Shown one piece after another: positions 59,588 to 64,000 of a DNA stretch of 64,000 nt. The notes beneath the pieces are model-generated. The model was not told where the DNA came from. It saw nothing but the letters and a program-made list of their open reading frames with translations, and did not search any database. How positions within the stretch are numbered: the first letter of the stretch is position 1; the number at the start of each line of letters is the position of its first letter. Source of the DNA: Planctomycetota bacterium (GTDB taxonomy: Bacteria; Planctomycetota; MHYJ01; JACQXL01; JACQZI01); the NCBI GenBank assembly GCA_016207825.1, contig JACQZI010000027.1, positions 66,929 through 130,928 on the forward strand, given 5' to 3'. The translations under genes were made by a program, and so were the position numbers.

Positions 59588-62119
59588 ATGAAAAAATCGT
59601 TATTATTAATCTGTATACTTGGTGTCCTTTGTGCCTTTGTGGTGTCGCAGGCCGTCTATGCCGGTTCCTGGCCGGATTTCTCCAATCCCGGCGGCGGCTC
59701 GTGGTATACCGGCTACTACCGTCCTGTCTCCATCAACAACACCGCCGGCGCGCAAACCGATTACCAAGTCGCCATTACCCCTTTTACCGATTCTAACTTT
59801 ATTAATAATTCAGGACTGGTCGGCTCGTGGCACTTCTCGGAAGGTTCGGGCACCACCACCGCCGATATGTCCGGTAACAGGAATAACGCAACGCTTAACG
59901 TTGGTGGAACTCTGGTTGATAACTGTGATGCCACCGCCGGCTGGACCGCTTCCGCCGCCGGTTCAGTAAGCCTTAATAATAGCCTTTACCGGGAAGGCGC
60001 TGGCGCGGTAAACTGTATAAAAACAGGGTTAACTACCACTCAAGTATTTTTTTACAAGACCATTGCCGTAACTAATATGCAGAATAAATGGCTTAATGTA
60101 TGGGTATATATCAACAACCAGGCTACCCTTAACAAAATTGGCCTGATGGAAGTGTTTGCGCTGAAGTCTGATTATTCCTGGTATATCTATAAAAGCCCTA
60201 TTTTGCCTGCTTCTCTACAGGTGGGTTGGAACCTCTTATCGCTTGATACCGCTAATCCCAGCGGGACATTCGGAACGCCGGATTTAACACAGGTAAACCA
60301 AATAAGGCTTGATGTTGACACCAATACTATCGATAAGACTTACGCCGCGGGCGATATTATTATGGACTATTGGTTCCTGTCTAATACCCAACCGACCTTT
60401 CCCGCCTGGACAGACGGCAAATTCGGCAAGGCGTTATCCTTTGACGGAGTGGATGATTATTTGGAAATCCCATCTTCTTCCTCGCTAAATAATTTAATTA
60501 CTGCAACATGGGAAACCTGGGTATACCCAACGCTTTCTGTTAGAGGGGATGGTCACCAACAAAAAATAATCTGGAGAAATGGCCCTTCGGCAAGTAATGC
60601 ATCTATACAGATGTATTGGGCAGGCGATACTTTTACAGTTGGAGCGTATGTAAATGCTTGGAATACGGCATCAAAAGGGGGATACAATATAAATCAATGG
60701 TATCATGTGATTGGAACTTTAGACGGTTCAAATATTAAACTCTATATTAATGGAGTTAATGTAGCAACTACGCCATGCGGGTCACTTGGAACAGGTTCAA
60801 CAGTATGGAGATTAGCAACATGGGATTCTACCGGCTATGATTTCAAAGGCATCATAGACGAAGTCCGCATTTATAACCGGGCGCTTACGTCCGCCGAAAT
60901 TTCCACCCGCTATAACTACTATACCACTAAACTCAAAGGCGATTATTCGGATATCCGCTTCACCGCCTCAACCGCCACCGGCAGCGCCGAACTTTCTTAC
61001 TGGCAGGAAACTGATAATAAATTCTGGGTCAAAGTCCCCAATCTGCCCGCCAATAATTCTTATATCTATATGTATTACGGCAATCCCTCGGCAACCTCGG
61101 TTTCCAATATCAATACCGCCTTTATCTTTGGGGATGATTTCTCGGTCGGCGGCCTTAATCCGGCTTGGGCGACTTATCAAAACGGCGGCGGAACAATTAC
61201 CGTAACTAATGGCGCCGCCGTCCTGGATTGCAATAGTTTCGCCGGTTGTGTCCGCCTCGAAAAAGCGGGATTGGCCGCGCCGTATATTATTGATGCCATC
61301 GCTAAAATAGAGTACCCCTATGGAGCTCATCGTTTCCGATTCTGTTCCCAAAACGCAGGATTTGATATCGGTATCTTTGATAGCAACAACATTTATTTCA
61401 ATGCTTGGACGGGCGTGGTTGTGGCAAATACTGCCTATGTAAGGTTAAAACAGATACATCAGTCTAACCGGGTTGACTGGCAGATATTTAATCTGGACGG
61501 CTCGCAGGTTTATAATAATAACTATGTCCCGGGAGGAGCGCCGAGTGGTATCTATTATTATCTTGGAGACGACCCCAACGGGGGCTGTAAAGTTACCCTG
61601 GATACCGTCTTCGTCCGCAAATATGCTTCGCCCGAACCGACTGTCGCCGCGCCGGGTGCGGAGTCTTATGGCTCATCCAAACGTGTGGAAACCGCGAACT
61701 GGGCAAGTTTGTGTCCGGCCGGAAAAGCTATCGTAATGGGACAGTCTATCGCCCAGGTCTCCTTTACCGCCTCGGTTACAGGCACGAATATTGCACGCTG
61801 GAAGAAGTTCCGCATAGATAAAAACATTACCGGCGTTGCTACTCCCGTTCCCGACAACAAAATAGAAATCCAAATCTGGATGGAAAATAATAATAACGGC
61901 TTCTGGGATACCGGCGATACCTTTATCTCTAAAGGCAATTTTACCAACGGCATCTGCTACCTTAATATGAAACAATGGCAGGTAACGACTACAACTAAGA
62001 CTTATTATATTGTATATAAATTAGCGGGAGATATTGGGGGAGGACAGAGAGCTGGCGTGAAAATAGTGGACAGTAGTTATTTGGAATTCGAGAATGCGAC
62101 ATGTGTAGGTGTTCCATAA
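59588..62119 (+). CDS. Secreted DUF2341 + LamG-like jellyroll surface protein
   Basis: Signal peptide; LVGSWHFSEGSG, ALSFDGVDDY, GIIDEVRIYNRAL (LamG); SDIRF..FWVKVP..YMYYGNP (DUF2341). Confidence 0.85.
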   Translation: MKKSLLLICILGVLCAFVVSQAVYAGSWPDFSNPGGGSWYTGYYRPVSINNTAGAQTDYQVAITPFTDSNFINNSGLVGSWHFSEGSGTTTADMSGNRNNATLNVGGTLVDNCDATAGWTASAAGSVSLNNSLYREGAGAVNCIKTGLTTTQVFFYKTIAVTNMQNKWLNVWVYINNQATLNKIGLMEVFALKSDYSWYIYKSPILPASLQVGWNLLSLDTANPSGTFGTPDLTQVNQIRLDVDTNTIDKTYAAGDIIMDYWFLSNTQPTFPAWTDGKFGKALSFDGVDDYLEIPSSSSLNNLITATWETWVYPTLSVRGDGHQQKIIWRNGPSASNASIQMYWAGDTFTVGAYVNAWNTASKGGYNINQWYHVIGTLDGSNIKLYINGVNVATTPCGSLGTGSTVWRLATWDSTGYDFKGIIDEVRIYNRALTSAEISTRYNYYTTKLKGDYSDIRFTASTATGSAELSYWQETDNKFWVKVPNLPANNSYIYMYYGNPSATSVSNINTAFIFGDDFSVGGLNPAWATYQNGGGTITVTNGAAVLDCNSFAGCVRLEKAGLAAPYIIDAIAKIEYPYGAHRFRFCSQNAGFDIGIFDSNNIYFNAWTGVVVANTAYVRLKQIHQSNRVDWQIFNLDGSQVYNNNYVPGGAPSGIYYYLGDDPNGGCKVTLDTVFVRKYASPEPTVAAPGAESYGSSKRVETANWASLCPAGKAIVMGQSIAQVSFTASVTGTNIARWKKFRIDKNITGVATPVPDNKIEIQIWMENNNNGFWDTGDTFISKGNFTNGICYLNMKQWQVTTTTKTYYIVYKLAGDIGGGQRAGVKIVDSSYLEFENATCVGVP

Positions 62120-62375
62120 CACACCCCTTCCTGCCCGACTGCGGTCAGGCGGGTATCCCCTCTCCGCCCGGACGAGCCGTTCGGACGGGTTTTTAGAGGG
62201 GATGGAACACCGCCCCCCTACGGGGACTCCCGATTATTCGGGGTGTCCCGCCATGCCATAGGCAGGTCCGCCTTTGGCGGAAAACGAAGTGGAGCGGGGG
62301 AATCCCGACCCCGCCTTGCGGGGTCGGGGCGTAGGCGTTCCCGAATAAATTCGGGACGACGGAATCCCGTAGGTT
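62120..62375. repeat. Dense pile of nested palindromic repeats
   Basis: Hairpins at 62130, 62163, 62229, 62267, 62303, 62339, most with relatives elsewhere in the window. Confidence 0.8.
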
Positions 62376-62386
62376 TTAGATAGTTT

Positions 62387-62608
62387 CTAAAGAAGATTAT
62401 TAAATTCTTCAGTGGTGAGATTAACTGTTCGGAGGATAGATTTCAATGTGCCTCTATCAAGTTCTTTATGGTCAGGAACCGTTACCGGTAAGCGGTTGGG
62501 GTGGTAGAGCCTTATATGACTGCCTCTTTGCTTGCGGATATAATACCCGATTCGCTGGAGAGCGGTTACTACCTCCCGGCCCGAGACCACCGGTAAAGGC
62601 AGACTCAT
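62387..62608 (-). CDS. hicA: HicA toxin
   Basis: SGREVVTALQRIGY..QRGSH..VTVPDHKELDRGTLKSIL. Confidence 0.92.
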   Translation of the reverse strand: MSLPLPVVSGREVVTALQRIGYYIRKQRGSHIRLYHPNRLPVTVPDHKELDRGTLKSILRTVNLTTEEFNNLL

Positions 62609-62814
62609 ACGGCAATTTCCTCTACCTTGGTGTGGTCTTCAGGGATTGGTTTCCCTTCTTCTTTATAACACTCCAGCGCCAGTTCAATGGCTTCCTTAAT
62701 ATTCTTAAGCGCCTCCGGGAGTGTTTTGCCCTGGGAGATACAACCGGAAATAGCCGGACACTCGGCCACGAGGTACCCGTCTTCACCTTCGGTAAGAATA
62801 ATTTTATAGACCAT
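62605..62814 (-). CDS. hicB: HicB antitoxin (short form)
   Basis: YLVAECPAISGCISQGKTLPEALKNIKEAI. Confidence 0.92.
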   Translation of the reverse strand: MVYKIILTEGEDGYLVAECPAISGCISQGKTLPEALKNIKEAIELALECYKEEGKPIPEDHTKVEEIAV

Positions 62815-62902
62815 TTTATTCCCCCTTGTTTTTTATCTAAAATAAGTATAACAAGTAATCCGTATAAAAGCAAGGAAAATTATTAAAGGAGAGGGAAATT
62901 AT

Positions 62903-64000
62903 ATGAAAAACAGGAGTTTAGTAATTTGGATTTGTTTGATCATTGTTTGGTCATTGGTCATTGGTAATTTGTGTAATTTCGCCTACGGCGACAGCTGGTC
63001 CGAAACCGTCTTTACCAATACAGGCAGTTCCTTCTCCAATACCGTCACCACCACCGGCTCGGCCGAAGTTAATTTATTATCCACCAGCCTTAATGCCGTA
63101 ACAATTACCGCCGGAGTATCTTCAAATTATACATTAGGCGTTTTTTCTGATAATAAACTCCGGTCATGGGGACATAATATGACCGGGCAATTGGGCTTGG
63201 GCGATGCCATCCAGCGCAACTCACCCGTTCAGGTCGGCGCAGATAGCTGGAAAGCAATCGCGAGCTCAGGTGACCCATATCTTTTGGGACAAATTTATGG
63301 GCATAGCGCCGGGATTAAAACTGATAATACACTTTGGACATGGGGATGTAATATGTATGGCCAATTAGGCTTGGGCGATACTAACCAGCGTAATTCTCCC
63401 GTTCAGGTCGGCGCCAATACATGGAAAGCAGTTGCTTGCGGCAATCACTATACCTTAGCTATCCGTTCTGACGATACCTTATGGGCTTGGGGGTATAATG
63501 GATTTGGTAATTTAGGCGATGGAACCACCACCCAGCGCAATTCACCTGTCCAGATAGGGGCAAGCACATGGAAAGCAATTGCCTGTGGAGGTTATCATAC
63601 ATTAGGGATTAGGTCTGATAATACCCTTTGGGCATGGGGTGCTAACGATTACGGGCAACTGGGGCTGAATGATACCACCCCGCGCAGTTCTCCTGTCCAG
63701 GTTGGGGCAAGCACATGGCAAATAATTTCTGCCGGCGGCACACACAGTTTGGCTATCCGTTCTGACAATACCTTATGGGCTTGGGGGTATAATGGCTTTG
63801 GTGAGGTAGGTGATGGGACAACTACCCAACGCAATTCTCCTGTTCAGGTGGGGGCAAGCACATGGAAAACGGTTTCTGCCGGAGGTCATAGGGGAACTTT
63901 TTATGTTGGATATTCAATAGGAATCCGTTCTGACGATACTCTCTGGTCATGGGGATCTAATAACAACGGGCAATTGGGCTTGGGCGATACTACAAACCGT
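62903..64000 (+). CDS. Secreted RCC1/BLIP-II-repeat beta-propeller protein (runs off window); not in ORF track
   Basis: ATG 62903 after AAGGAG; signal peptide; ~49-aa repeats of type LWAWGYN..G.LG.G.TTQRNSPVQVG..TWKA..CG..HT..IRSD. Confidence 0.88.
   Translation, partial: MKNRSLVIWICLIIVWSLVIGNLCNFAYGDSWSETVFTNTGSSFSNTVTTTGSAEVNLLSTSLNAVTITAGVSSNYTLGVFSDNKLRSWGHNMTGQLGLGDAIQRNSPVQVGADSWKAIASSGDPYLLGQIYGHSAGIKTDNTLWTWGCNMYGQLGLGDTNQRNSPVQVGANTWKAVACGNHYTLAIRSDDTLWAWGYNGFGNLGDGTTTQRNSPVQIGASTWKAIACGGYHTLGIRSDNTLWAWGANDYGQLGLNDTTPRSSPVQVGASTWQIISAGGTHSLAIRSDNTLWAWGYNGFGEVGDGTTTQRNSPVQVGASTWKTVSAGGHRGTFYVGYSIGIRSDDTLWSWGSNNNGQLGLGDTTNR

Noticed and set aside
1250-61975. Long antisense or overlapping ORFs (e.g. 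1250-2047, 27703-28368, 29522-30217, 47130-47831)
   Set aside because: They are shadows of well-supported genes on the opposite strand, with no motifs of their own.
63160-64000. Non-coding ~147-nt direct repeats
   Set aside because: Explained by in-frame RCC1/BLIP-II protein repeats.

Overview
Chromosomal window from a diderm bacterium using genetic code 11; the EF-Tu insert suggests Planctomycetota or a relative. Housekeeping genes: sucD, nadC, panE, holA, a Thr-Tyr-Gly-Thr tRNA cluster with tuf-rpmG-tRNA-Trp-secE-nusG, ridA, tRNA-Pro, sppA, bamA-skp-lpxD-lpxC/fabZ-lpxA followed by sugar-nucleotide and glycosyltransferase genes, arcC, aroD-aroE, nifU-like, ispG, mrdA-rodA, an ECF sigma-linked MacAB-TolC exporter and an orphan bzdN. 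Accessory regions lie at about 18.6-24 kb and 56-64 kb. Main observations: (1) a probable unannotated secreted thioredoxin-fold selenoprotein (CDCU, in-frame UGA at 58553, SECIS-like hairpin) behind a complete sigma-54 promoter; (2) a family of elements bounded by inverted arms of 7-9 nt tandem repeats, found carrying cargo (four-helix-bundle gene, GxxExxY gene), empty, or as solo arms absorbed into proteins and signal peptides; (3) several families of small palindromes that nest in each other and insert in frame into conserved enzymes; (4) two non-coding degenerate arrays with a 22-nt period; (5) a small island with a structured RNA leader and unknown proteins. All calls were made by eye, with no database searches.
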